DNA of 64,000 bases from Camelus ferus (taxonomy: Eukaryota). This document shows positions 23,937 to 36,767 of this stretch, in pieces. The notes below the pieces were generated by a model, which searched no databases, was not told the origin of the DNA, and saw only the letters and a list, made by a program, of their open reading frames with translations. Made by a program: the position numbers and the translations under genes. The stretch spans positions 74,340,001 to 74,404,000 of the forward strand of contig NC_045697.1 in assembly GCF_009834535.1 (NCBI RefSeq). The letters are read 5' to 3'. Position 1 is the stretch's first letter; every line of letters begins with the position of its first letter.

Positions 23937-26379
23937 AGGATTTAGTCTTAATACCTCTACTACAACTCAACATGTGGCAGTTGATTCTTCTAGTTGCTCA
24001 GCCCAAAATTCTGGAGTTATACTTGACTCCTGTCTTCCTTTTACCATCTGTATCCAATTCATCCATAAATTCTGTCGGCTCTATTTTTAAAATATATGCC
24101 AAACCTGATCATTTCCACCACTTCCATTGCTCTGTCCTTAGTCTGAGCAACCATAATATCTGGGCTTGACTACAAGTAGTGTCCTAGTCAGACCCCCTGC
24201 TTGTACCCTTGCTTACCTGTAGAAATTCTTTTTAAAACGTCAAATAATGTCACAAAATCCATCTAACTCAAAGTAAAATCCGAAGTTCTTACATAGATTA
24301 TAAAGCCTTATATACGCTGGCCCCTGGCTATTTCTTTGATCTTCTTTTCTGCCAGTCTCCTATTTACTAAATCTGTTTGTTATCCCCTTTGTCTGGAAAA
24401 TTCTTCCCCCAGATAATCTGTCTGCCTGGCTCAATCACCTCATTCAGATCTCAAATGTCACCTTATCAGAGAGGCCCGTTCAGATCATCCTCTCTAAAAT
24501 AAGTCTCCTGTCCCTCACCCTTTGTCCCCGTCTCTGTTTATTCTTCTTCTTAGCCCCTGATGCAGTATATGTTTGCATTGTGTGTGTCATCTGTCTACCT
24601 TCACTGGAATGTGTGTTCCGTGGCAGCAGTGACTGCTGGATCCCCAACCCGGAGAGCAGTGCTCAGCACCTAATAAATGTTTGTTAATTGGCTGTTGGAA
24701 TTGCTCTTACTTGTCTGTTAATGACGGAAAGAAAATGGTTTTTTCCCCCACTTCCACTGAAAGTTTTAGTTTTATAACTGTCCTTCTTTGCTCTTGAAAT
24801 TTTGTTTACAGTGTTTCAAAGTGCACTTTAGCAAAGAAATTATGTTTTTGTGAGTTGTATAAATTAATTGGTTATTTACAATTTTGCTGCTTATTATTAA
24901 TAATTCCTATACATTTCTTCTCAGTATTTGGATGTAATTCCTTAAAAGGCAACTAAAATTCTCATATGTTCACCTAGTGTTGTTTCTTTTCTTATAAATG
25001 GAAGTACAAAGTCTTTTGCTAAATCATCTGCTTATGAATTTTAAAGTCCATCAGTACAACAGTATTTATTTCAAAGTTCTGTATAATCCTCTAGGAAGCC
25101 TACCTATTTTCTACCAGCTTATGAAGAGAGAGTTCTTGCTTTTTTATTAACTTGAAAGTAAAAACTACATGTTTATTAGATTTGAGTAAACTAATGGAAA
25201 ATTTTGACTAACTGCCATCTCCTGGTATTTTTTGTTCTATATATTTGATGTCTCTGTGTATCACATATGTGGGATTTAAACAATGGGAGGAAATACATAA
25301 CTTCAAATCTGATTTTAGCAGTTCTTGGAAGTGATGAAAACCTGTTTCCCTGTTTTAGAGTGAGGAGATTCCCATGCCTGTTCTGTGGGTACGAAGATGT
25401 GTAGGTGTTACTCATAGATGCCCTTATGCCGCCATGTCTGCGTCGTGAACATTAGATGATAGATTTTAGGGCTATTCATTAGGGAGGATATTTAGATGTT
25501 TATGTTATATATTTCATTAGGTATCTAGAAATGTCAAGTTTTAAGCATTATCCTGAAGAAGTCTCATAAGCAATTAGTTGTTTCTATGTATAATTAAACA
25601 GAGTATCTATTTTAAACTGTGGTGAACCCTACTTATATATGACTCTGTTCTCAAAATGTATCAAAAGTTTACATCAAATATGTCATGTCATTTTCTTTTC
25701 TAAATTAATGTTCAAGAAGAAATAACTAAAGTCTTTGAGCTTCTAAACATAGCTGTTATAACTCACTTTCAAGAAAAAATGTTTGAGTGCCTTTATTGCT
25801 TTTTATTGCTGACGCAGTATTGTGCATACCCACACAATATAGTTTTTAATCCACTATTGACTGTTACTTTTGCACTTGAAAGTCTAAGCAGCAAAGATAT
25901 AGAAGTATTAGTATTTATTGAACTTTGGTTGTAACCAAAAGGAGCACTTGCTTTTAACGTACAATAACCACCCAGATAAGCCCTAGATAACTTTTCCTTT
26001 TTACTAAATCAAAGTCATTTATGTGCGTAAGATTCAACCCTGGCACTCCCAACTCATGATGTTCCCTGAAAATTTGACTTTAGCATGGCTTTCATGCTGA
26101 TTTTGAGATTAGAATTAAGTGTATTATCAAAATACAAAAGAATGATGTTCAATAATGATGAAAATTTCTCTGGTGTTGAAATACAGCTGAAGCATGTCTG
26201 TACCACACAGAGGAAACAATATTGGGATACTAAAATAGGGGGGAAAAAAGTTCTATTCGTGTTTTTCTAAAAGACAGTGAACTTTTACAGACAAATATTT
26301 AACAGAAAAAATTGGTAGTCCTGTATATATTTGTGTCCTGTTCAAAGAAGTTTTTCTAGTCCGGATTCATAATTCCTGG

Positions 26380-26610
26380 CGTGAATTGTGTGGATAGGAG
26401 CACAGGCCCTGGAGTGAGACTGGCAAGATTCAAACCCTGGCTCTACCATGGAGTAGCTAACTGTGCGACCAAGGCAACTTGCTTGTTTTTGTTTTTCCAA
26501 ATAACTCATCTGACAATTAAGTGACAGTACCAACCTCGTGACAAAGGGTTGAAACAATAAATAAAACACACTTAGCACATAATAATCACTCAGTTGTGCT
26601 AATAATAGCA
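26380..26610 (+). mobile_element. MIR SINE
   Basis: ttcaaaccctggctctacc...ctgtgcgaccaaggcaac...ctcatctg...aaaacacacttagcaca. Confidence 0.7.
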
Positions 26611-27736
26611 AATAAGAATATCTAGTGACTTTATTTATCTATTAGTGAGGAGGATAAATGTATATATAATTATAATTATCTTCCTCAAATATTCCCTAGC
26701 TCCCTTCCACCTGATGACTACAATCAGCAGTTCTCTTTGTATGGAGTGTTTCCCTCTTGTTTCCCATGGCTGGCTTCTTGTCATCCAGATCTCAGTTTTG
26801 TTACTTGTTTAGTAAGACTTTTCCTGACCACCTAATCTAAAATAGTCACCAAGTCAATTTTAACCATATCATCCTATTTTAATTTTCTTTATATCATTTA
26901 TCACTTGATTTAATTGTTTGTTGTCAAATTCCCTTCACTGGAATATAAGAATCTCCCTTGTTCTCCATTGTGTCCTGCTCCTTAATCAGAGCTAGACAGA
27001 TAATAAGTGCTTTTTTTTTTTTTTAATTGCTATATCAATGACCTCTGCAGAGGTTATAATGAAAGAACCAGAGAAAGGAAGGAAGAGTCAACATTTCAAT
27101 TTAGGAAAAAATGTTAGTATTTGCCTTCCCTTACCCTACCCAGGGCTTGAACCAGTGTATCCATATTTCAATAAATTCCAACGTCCCAAATGGTTCAGTT
27201 TTAGTGCAGCTTTGTTCTTTTAGATCTGTCATCTCTTGTGACTTAGGGTAAGCCCTGCCACCCACACATCCCCAGTGGTAAACCATCCTTTCCCTCAACT
27301 GTACTGTACTGGCTGCCCCACTGCTGTACACGACTGTTGCTAGATCTGTGTGGATATCAATACTTGTCCAGGTTGGGTACCTTCTGAATACTTATTTGGA
27401 ACACTGTCCCCTTTCCTACCCATGCGTATAGCTGGGTTAGTTCCCACAATCTTTTTCTTTCCACCATTCCTTGCTGCTGAGATCCCAACATTCTTTACAG
27501 TTAGGCCATAAGGTTTAGGACTATTAGAAAGACAAAAAGGAACAGTAGGACTGGAATGCAGTACAGTCCCTCTGTAACTTTTAATGAATACCGCCGCCTT
27601 GGGGCATTAACTCTGAGGGATAAGAGCTGTTCTCTATTTTGGTTATCAGCGTAGTATCAGCACCACTTCACGTACAGGTAGGTGCCATAATAAATCCTAT
27701 TCAAAGATGATCATTCTTACAAGCCCCATGTTAGGG

Positions 27737-28020
27737 TGTCTTTCTGATGATCTATTGCTGCATAAATAACCGCCACAAAGTTGAGTGCATTTAAATAACC
27801 ATGATCTATTTTATTCACAAATCCTCAACTTAACTAGGGCTTGATGGGAAAGTTTGTCTGTCCGGACAGCATCAGCCGGGGAGGCTTGCCTTCCCAAGGC
27901 ATGGTGCTATTTTCCAAGAGCAGGTATCTCAAAAGATAGGAATTGGAAGCTACCAGAAATGGACACAGTGTCGCTTCTGTATTACACTGGTCAAGCGGTC
28001 ATAAATGCCACTTCTTCATG
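27737..28020 (-). mobile_element. MaLR LTR fragment (MLT1-like)
   Basis: Starts tg...tctattgctgcataaataaccgccacaaagttgagtgcatttaaataacca, the reverse-strand MLT1 3' terminus pattern. Confidence 0.65.
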
Positions 28021-28420
28021 GGAATACTGTATATTAATATAGTTTTATATTATAAAAGAATTTGGGGCCATGTCACCTTAGCTATACACCATTTTCATTT
28101 TTTAATGAAGTATATGAAAAAAATCAAACAAGAAAACCTGTAGGTCACATCATAGTAGAAATTATAATACTATGGATGAAAGAAGTGATTTTTTTAAAAA
28201 ATCCCTAGACTCTGGAAAAGCTAATTCTCACTATTTCAGGCTACTAGTATATCATTTAATCTAAATCCTGTGAACACGTCAAATTGGAAATTAAATTGAT
28301 TACTTGAATGATCTCAAAAGTTAATGAAACTATTAACATACCTTCCTGTTAACTTAAGCCTCTGGAAAAAAAAAGGGGAGAAGAAATAAATACCTATTTT
28401 GTAGAGTTAACTTTTTTATT

Positions 28421-28555
28421 TTTTAAAATTCTTTTTGATAGGGGAGGTAATTAGGTTTTTATTTATTTATTTTAATGGAGATCCTGGGGATTGAACCCAG
28501 GACTTTGTGCATGCTAGGCATATACTCTACCACTGAGCTATACCTCCCCCTCCCC
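28421..28555 (-). mobile_element. tRNA-Ala-derived SINE (Vic-1 type) with perfect 18-bp TSD
   Basis: TSD agagttaacttttttatt at 28403-28420 and 28556-28573. The reverse complement has A box tagctcagtgg and B box ggttcaatccc. Confidence 0.92.
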
Positions 28556-29549
28556 AGAGTTAACTTTTTTATTCTAAAACATTTCAGTTTGGTCTTGTGG
28601 GCAACTTGGAAGATATTGTGAACTTTTTTTTTTTAAACTAAATTCCAGGGTAAAGAAATGTTTACTTTGTGTGGTGTAAATATCATTTGAATGAAATGAA
28701 AATATATGTGTTCAATTAACTCTGGTATCTGGTATTCTGAAGTCAAAACGTTTTATTCATCTTAGAGAAAAAAATAGCAAGAATAAGAAGGTTTTAAAAT
28801 TTCCATTGTTCACTGTATCTAAGCTCTTTTATAAACAAAGTTTTGATTTGGCAAATAATACGGCTATACTTTCTTCAACTTTTGTTTTTCAACTCTGCAT
28901 CTTGCTTAAATACTTTTTAGTTATATATATTTTTTTAAGATGTTCTGGAATTCGATTTGGAAGGGTGAAGGTGCATGCTGTATTTGTCAGTATCTGCAGT
29001 ACTGTAGCATGAAAGAATGTCCCAATCTATTTTCATTTTTTCCCTCCTGGATAATCCGATTTTACAACAGATTGATTGCTCAGCCTTCCCATGTCACTTT
29101 CCTATAAAATTTTAAAGGTTGCTACAGTCCCAGGTGAGGAAATTGTCTCTTTCTGGAAAGGGTGACACTCGAAGGTCAATTCATTAAACAGAGTGACTTA
29201 TAAGACCTCCAGATAATGCCTTGGTGATATATTCCAAAATATTGAAGTTCAGAACTTAAATTGATCCTTTTTTTTTTTAATTGGTAAGCCTGCTCTTGGA
29301 AACTTTACTTAGAGGAAAAGTGAAGTAAAATGCATTTGATGACTGAAGAATTCACTTTTTTCCCCCTAAGATAAAATTGTTAGGGACATCCCTCATTTCC
29401 CTGCTAGAAAGCACCTTGTTCTCATTTCCTTGAACTCTCACAAGTAAAAAAAAAAAAAAAAAAGAGGAAGAAAATATAAAAGGACCAGCCGTCAGATTCT
29501 GAAATCACATTCAAAGTCATCTGTTTAAGAAATGGCAGATCACTTTGGA

Positions 29550-29790
29550 AAGAAGACTGAACCTGAAGTTAGAAATCCTTGTTATGGAGTCCCACCTTCA
29601 CCACCTACCAGCTGGGTATCTTTAAGCAAGTGCTAAGTTTGAGCAGCCTCCTCAGTGCAGTGCCCTCATTTGTAAAATAAGGAACATGACATCCACCTGA
29701 CAACCTGACAACCATGAGGTTAGATGATATGGCAAATGTGCAAGTGCTTAATAAATCACAAAGCATCATATAAACAGAAACTATTATCAA
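29550..29790 (+). mobile_element. MIR SINE
   Basis: Core cctcagtgcagtgccctcatttgtaaaataaggaa ... gaggttagatgatat...aagtgctt. Confidence 0.65.
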
Positions 29791-32374
29791 TCATTTTAGA
29801 AGCTTTAATGAAAGAAATATGAATTTTTGTAACTTAGGGCTTTTTAAATGTCATTAAAATATTTTACAGTGTGGTTAATAAGGTACATTTTTAAGGTCAA
29901 ATATAATGTTTTTGTTCTGTTTTAAATAAGGTATGGGTTTCTTAAGGACCGAAATCAAGCATTAGACATCCTTGTGTCCCTAACATTGTCTAGAACAGTT
30001 CTTTGTAGGTCAAGTTGGTTGGTTGATTTGTTGGTTGCATGATTAATTGAAAATGATATTTATGAGGTGATTTTCCCTCAATTTAGAGGAAATTTCTAGT
30101 TAATGATTATTGAATACTCTAACAATGTATATAACAAAACTATCAGACTGAAAATGCCGTCACACTGTTACACTGTTGATGACTTCATAGACTGCACTGT
30201 GGGCAGGGCATGGGGGAAAGGAGGAAAAGGTATCAGATGATTAGTAACCACTGTTGCAAGAAGAATACTGTCACACTGAGGTCACCATGGCTAAGAGGAT
30301 TAGTGATGCTAGCCTGCAACTGGCTTTAAAAAATGTAAATTGGAAGGACTGTTCTAAATTTTTAATATTCCCAAGAAATCATCTTCAAAATTTGAAACAA
30401 GTTTTCCCTAACCTAAAGTGTAAACTTGATGTCTCTGCTTAGTTTTGTTCCTCCTCTTAGGGGTTTCTTTAGGAATTTTGTTCCTGCTTTTCTTTGAGCT
30501 TTTGATATAGCTTTAAATGGCAGCTTTCTCAGTCCCTCATAAAAGTTTTCAGAACCTTTTCTATCCTCCACCTAAAACACTGCTTCATAGTTGACTTCTT
30601 TTACTATATCAACACAGTGTATTTTCAAATACAGTTGAACTTGTTTTCATACTTAGTACCTGCAAAAGTTAACATACTGCCTTGAAATGCAGTTTAAGCC
30701 ATAATTGCAGAGAAAATTCAATCATTAAACTTTTATTGAGCACCTGTTATGTGCCTGTCAGTCTTCTAATAATCTTTCCACTTAATTGGGCCCATTTATG
30801 TAGTTCCAGGAAAAATCATCTGTTATCTATTTCATGGAGACAGAAGCAATTTCAGCTAATGGTTCTTTTTGGGTAGTTGATCTAATCAATAATGCCCAGG
30901 AATCATTTTATAATAAGAAAACTTTTTCAATATTTAATAAGGCTATAAAAGATTACTTCTTTGGGGTAGCAACAGAGTTTGAAAAGTAACTTTTTTCTAT
31001 TTTGTATTTAAAAAAAAAACTGATTACAAAAGTAATACATGTAAATGTACCCAGGAGTGAGCAGTAGGTTTCAGGCAAAGAGAATAAATTTATAAAGCAA
31101 CTGACTAACCAGATGTGATAATTTCAAGGAACTATCCAATGTTCAGAGAGTTGAATGCTCCACATAATTTTATGAATAATCCTATCTAATTTGAGGATAT
31201 ACTCTATCCATAATAAAAATAATGCAGGCTAGCAGTATAAAAAAATCTTCAGTATGAAATAATATAAAAATAACAAAGCTGTCTATTCAAATAGAACTTG
31301 TCTCTAAGGAGCGCTAACATATTAAGTATGAAAGCAAGGCCATGTTTTCCCTACAGCAGAGAGAGGCAAGATAACAAGCAATGCCCTCTCTCTGGCCCTG
31401 CCTGTATTTTCAGGTCTATCTTATGCTTTACTACTTCCCCATTGATCCTCATTTTCAAGCACAAGTGAGCAAATTGCAGTTTCCCCGCTAAGTATGCCAT
31501 TTCATTCTTGGCGTGCTTTCCCCACCCATTCTACCTGGCAGTTTTCTGTTCCTTCTTAAAGACTTAGCTGAAATGCCCTACATCTCTGTAAAATCCTCTG
31601 TGATGTCTCAATTAGTTCTTTATCTGCATTGTACATACCTTTGCACATAATAAAAACCTATACCGTCTTCTTAGATACCCTCTCCGTTGCTGAAAGACAA
31701 TCTTACTCACTTTGAGTTGTGCCCTCAGCATCTAGACAAGAACCGGACATACAGTAGGTGCCCTAGTGACTGTTCCAGCCATGAAAACCATAGCGCCCCT
31801 GTGCAACTTGGGCTTCACCGTCCATTGACCTGTAAAACATAAGTGACTATTCATCAGCTTGTCTTAATGTTAATGGAGCCTCTTGAAAACATTAAAATGT
31901 GTGGTTGTCACCTTCCTTCTCACCTGCCAAAGGTCCTGTCAGTTCCACCTGTCCATTCAATTGTCTTGTGCCTTTTCTACAGCCTCTCTACTACATCCAT
32001 CTCTATTGAAGACATTTACTCATGCTTTTTTGATTTTATAGCTTTCCAAACAAAACATGCTTTTAAAATCTCTAAACCACTAGTTTTAGCTTTTTTCTTT
32101 GTCTCCATATTTAATTATATTTTTAAAAAATTCACAGAATGTGGTTGGTGTGCTACATTGCAAAGAAGTACTCAGAAAACAAAACAACAACTTAATCTTT
32201 TTAAGAAGTCTCATGTGTATCCAAGAGCCCAACCATTTTTCTTTTACCAGTAACATTCACTGTACTTTGTTACTTCAAATGAAGAAAGAAAAAATTAATT
32301 TTTGTGCCTGATCTGGAGCAGAATTTACTAGATTGAGCAGGCATCCAGGCTGCCCATGTGCACATTTTCCATCT

Positions 32375-32440
32375 TTCCTTCCTTCCTTCCTTCCTTCCTT
32401 CCTTCCTTCCTTCCTTCCTTCCTTCCTTCCTTCCTTTTCT

Positions 32441-32517
<77 letters not shown>

Positions 32518-32600
32518 TTTCTTTCTTCTTTCTTTCTTTTCTTTCTTTCTTTTCTTTCTTTCTTTTCTTTCTTTCTTCCTCTCTTCCTCTCTTTCTTTCT
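32375..32600. repeat. Compound (CCTT)n-(TTTC)n polypyrimidine microsatellite, about 225 bp
   Basis: Seen directly. It explains the four low-complexity ORFs at 32328-32637. Confidence 0.97.
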
Positions 32601-33379
32601 CTGTTTCATTTCTGCCTTGTTTGATGCTTTGATCTGACCAAAAATGCTAGTGTTCTCGTGTTCAAATCTGGCTCTTCCTTAGTTTAAAAATTGGTTCCTT
32701 TACCCTTGTACTTTCCTTTTGGGCCATGCAAACAACAATTGAAGTTGTCTAAATAATCAGGTTCCTCCTAACTTGGATTAGACAAGGAAAAGACTCCTTT
32801 GTAGGAGAATTACATGACAGGACAAATAAAATCATTTGTATTAAAACATTTGATTCTTGGGTTTTGTTTTTCCATGATGACACCTAAAGAACCATCCTTT
32901 TTAGTCAAGTTAAACATATATTATACTTTTATACTTGTAAATGGTGTCTTAGGCACAAGAATATTGGATATAAATAGAAAGTAGGATTTGGTTTTTAAAT
33001 GAATATTATATCTCAAAATACTGCTTTCTTACCTTGTTCAGTGTGTGTAAGATCCAATTCATGTTTCCAGGAGCTTCATAATATTTCTAAACTAGAACAG
33101 GAGGTGGGGATGGTTTGTTAGGTGCAGTTTTCCCATAAAGCATCTGGGCATCATTCTACTGTATTTTTAGCCCAATCTGTGAATATTATGGTCAGCTTAA
33201 GAGTTTCATCTCTATTTAAACACAACCCTGAAAAGTACTTCTTTGCCTTCAACCTTTATTTAAGCACAAATTCTTTTTTTTTTTCTTTCAGGACATCCTT
33301 GAACCTTTGTTTTCACTGTTTCTATATATAGCCCACATGCTGAATATGATAATGGGCCAATGGGTTTTTTATTCAGTTT

Positions 33380-33800
33380 TTTTCATAATTACAGATGAAT
33401 AAAAATTATTATACTCTTTTTCCTCCCTGAGCCCTAAGTTCTGGACAGTACTCTGTGTTGTTGCATCCAGAATTACTATCTATACTCCTCTTGCACCTCT
33501 GACAGTCCTTCTCCCTGAATTACATCCTGTACAAAGATCTTTAATGAGAGTGTGTTTGCTAGTTAACTCACTTATTGTGTATCTGAAAAGATCTGTATTA
33601 TCTCCTCTTCTTAAATTGTGTTTTTTTTCTCTGTACAGTATCTTTCCGTGTCTGACTGTAATTTTGTCTGTTATGCCATTATTTTTTTGGCTTCTGTTGC
33701 TGTTGTTGGGAAGTCTGTTAACAGCCTGTTTTGTTCCTTTATAAGTGACTGTTTTTCTCTCTGATTCTTTGGAGAACTTTTTTGGTGTGCTGAATGGCAC
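33380..33800 (-). mobile_element. Old L1/HAL1 ORF1-region remnant
   Basis: The minus ORF 33480-33800 contains ERKTVTYKGT, resembling the ORF1p REK.QVTYKG motif. Confidence 0.55.
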
Positions 33801-33804
33801 TGTG

Positions 33805-33927
33805 AACCTGCCTCCTTGGTGCCTTGATTTCAGACTTCAGCATCCAGAACTGTCGAGGAATAAATTCTGTTGTTTTAAGTTGTCAGGTTTGTGCCATTTG
33901 GTTATAGTAGACATAGGAAAGTAATAC
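33805..33927 (+). mobile_element. MLT1 (MaLR) LTR 3' end
   Basis: ccttgatttcagacttc...tccagaactgt...aataaattctgttgttttaag...ataggaaagtaataca. Confidence 0.8.
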
Positions 33928-33929
33928 AC

Positions 33930-34310
33930 CCCACCTGGCAATGAACCTTGACTCGTTGAGGTGCTGGCTGAGAGCAAAGGGGTATGGGACGTCCCCTTGA
34001 TGGCAGTGAAAAAGGCAGTCAAAAACCAGCTGTAATCATGTGACTGCTGCAGAGATAGGGATTGTAATAATTACGGGTATCTCCTCCTTATTTTGTTATA
34101 AATATGTGTATATGTTAAGCAAATATTTTTTATTATTTTATTCCCTTATCAGTTTACATAAGATGTATTAATAATAGTTAACTTTGTATCATGGTCTTTA
34201 AGTTGCAGGGTATCAAAGGAGAAGGGTAAAAACCACCTAAGAACTTTGTTCCTCTTCTGAGTTAACATGTTTTTAGTTGTATGCAGGATAATTGTATCAC
34301 ATTAGCAGAA
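33930..34310 (+). mobile_element. ERVL internal-region 3' fragment
   Basis: gaggtgctggctgagagcaaaggg...accagctgtaatcatgtgac...tatctcctccttattttg...tagttgtatgcaggataattgtatca resembles the recalled 3' part of ERVL-int. Confidence 0.65.
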
Positions 34311-36446
34311 GTGAAGCACAAATTCTTTATATGCAAAGATGCAGGCGTGGCAAGAAAAACAGATCTTCAACATTTGCTTTTGAAACAGACCTATGAAAGT
34401 TAGTTAATTGTAGATATCTAGTAGAAATATGGTACAGATGGTCCATTAAATAAATTTTATTTTTGTATCTCCTTGTTCTTAACAAAAGATAATTCCTTTT
34501 GACTTTTGTTTTTTAATGAAAATCTTTTGGTTAAGAATTGCTAAGAAATCCACAGACAGAACAAAGACAATAATGCTGGTGCCCATTTCTTGCCTCTTGG
34601 CGGCTCCATTTAGTAACAGCATCTGTGACACTAGCTCTCCCAAGCGCCTGAAAGTGCTTTTCCATTTTTGCCTTCTGAACCCCACCCCCTCCTCCTCTTT
34701 CTTGTTCCTCTTCCTCCAAATCAAAACTGCATTGCCATTAAAAAAATAATAATAATGAGGTGGATTTATGACTGGAGGGATAGAGGTATGGATAGATGGA
34801 AGTATGATAAGCCAAGTCTAGTAAGTTGTTAATGGTAGAATCTTGGTGGAGGATATAGAGTCATGTACTGAATCTTAATTCTTTCAGCTTTGCCATGTGT
34901 TTGAAAATTGTCATAATAAAATCTCTTAGTAGTGGTTATCCACAGAGGATGGGATGACAGAAGCTTTCACCAACTCTGTGTTTAAATTTTTTTGCAATTA
35001 TATAATTAAAGAAAAATGAAAATAATTCTTTTTAAAGCTACATGAAACTGTCTTCACCAATGACATCACCAAACTATTGATTGAATTACTTTTCATGTTT
35101 GAAATTTACATTAGGCCATGCTAAATAATTAAGAATATTTACAATGACTCAGCTGTCTGAAGATGACCACATTATTACAGTAAGAAACTGGTTAAATAAG
35201 CTGGATATAGATAGTTAATAAAATATTGTGCAGCCATTAAAACTTAGAGAAACAAATGCATTGACATGGAAAAATTTATAATATAATGTTTCCTATGCTG
35301 TCTAGAAAATTATGCACTTACAGGTATGACTGGAAGTACATAGATACAAAAATATTACCTCTGAATTATGAGATGATGAAGTTTTTCTCTCATAAGATCT
35401 TTTTAAATCCATATTTTCTATTTTTTCCTTAGAGTTTCTGAATGTTTTTATTTTAGTAGCATAAGAAAGAAGAAAAACAGAAAAGACAAAAGCCATGCTA
35501 TTTTCCGGTGACAGTGGAGCAGGGAAACTTTGGTATCTGTAAATAACTTTTGATCAAGCCAAAAAGCTGATATGTGTTTTTCCTTTTATCTGTATCACTG
35601 AAAGCTACTCTCTTACATTTTCTTAATCTTGTTCTTAGAAACAGTGCATTTGAAATATGTAAAAAACAAATAATTTTATTCATTCTTCCAAAACTATTTT
35701 AGTGGACTTGACTGGTAGCTTTTGAAAAGAAAGTTAAGATGTTTTCATGCTGCTAGGCCCAAGGCATTTTGTACTTGGAAGTCTCCTGTCTTTAATCTCT
35801 AATTGCATTAAATTTCTGAGTCTGACTCATGAGGAAAGGAAGCTTCAAAGAAGAAATAAGAAAATCTAATTTATTTCTAAATATAATAAACATGGATATA
35901 TTTCAGACAGTATGATACCTATGTTCCAAGTGTCCTAACCAGAAAAATTAAGAGTTCAAGGAAGTGCCAGTTAAATAATAAAAATGGTTTTCTTATCATG
36001 GATCGCTTTTCTCCAAGGAGATTTAAGCACTGGGCTGAAATTAGGTAATCTTTACACTGTGTCTCTGAGAGGGTTAGAAGGAAGGGACTATTACTATTAA
36101 TTTTTATCCACCAGTAACATTTATTAACACTTACTTTGTTTATGACCCTGAAGTTAATGTTTCACTTATTGTTTCCTCTCTTTCAAAGACCATTTTTTCA
36201 TAGATTTTTCTGTCAATGGCTGTGGAAAGGAAAGTTGGCCAGGAATTAAAGTAAAAATAAATAAAAACAAAGTTCATCTCTGGGTTCTAGTTCTCTGGTC
36301 TTTTCACAGTGGATTATATGGAATGTGTGATTCACTTACATATGTACCCCTCTTCCTGTGTGCTGCTAGTCCATTCTGTGCTACGAGTGCCTTCAAGTCC
36401 CTCACAAGACATGACGTTTCATTGTCTGCATCTCTTGTCTCCCCAG

Positions 36447-36562
36447 GTAAAATGTCCAGTGATCGAGCTTTGCGGAAGCAGCAACAGCTAAACAACCTCA
36501 TCTATGTGGTGACAAATCAGGCCAGACCTGGTGACAGAATTGTGGATTTCTGCAGCGGTGGG
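36447..36562 (+). CDS. GSTCD: GSTCD coding exon (probably exon 6), 116 nt, phase 1 to 0: (G)KMSSDRALRKQQQLNNLIYVVTNQARPGDRIVDFCSGG
   Basis: Acceptor tctcttgtctccccag|GT, donor GGG|gtatta. The translation matches my recollection of the GSTCD C-terminal region and carries the first half of SAM-binding motif I (IVDFCSGG). In frame with the next exon. Confidence 0.96.
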
Positions 36563-36722
36563 GTATTATATCTCTCCTTTATACTCTTTAGCCTTTCCCA
36601 GACTATGTGATTTGACTACACTACCCTCACAGTCATGTTTTTATTTGGCTAGATTGTTGTCTCAGAATCAACAAAAGCCTCAGAGACCAAAGTTACCTTG
36701 TTTCTTTTTTTACCTTTTTCAG

Positions 36723-36767
36723 GGCCATGTTGGGATTGTTCTTGCTTACATGCTGCCATCATGCCAG
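36723..36767 (+). CDS. GSTCD: GSTCD coding exon (probably exon 7), 45 nt, phase 0 to 0: GHVGIVLAYMLPSCQ
   Basis: Acceptor tttttttacctttttcag|G, donor CAG|gtaaat. Completes motif I (DFCSGG|GHVG). The upstream intron is 160 nt. Confidence 0.96.

Noticed and set aside
29071..29133. 63-nt pseudo-exon (acaacag| ... CAG|gtgagg)
   Set aside because: The pyrimidine tract is displaced from the AG, and such pairs are common by chance in long introns.
29905..29936. Possible intronic recursive splice site (taag|gtatgg)
   Set aside because: Non-YAG acceptor and a mediocre donor. Not distinguishable from background.
32328..32637. Four overlapping ORFs (KERK/FLSF repeats)
   Set aside because: Translations of the (CCTT)n(TTTC)n microsatellite.
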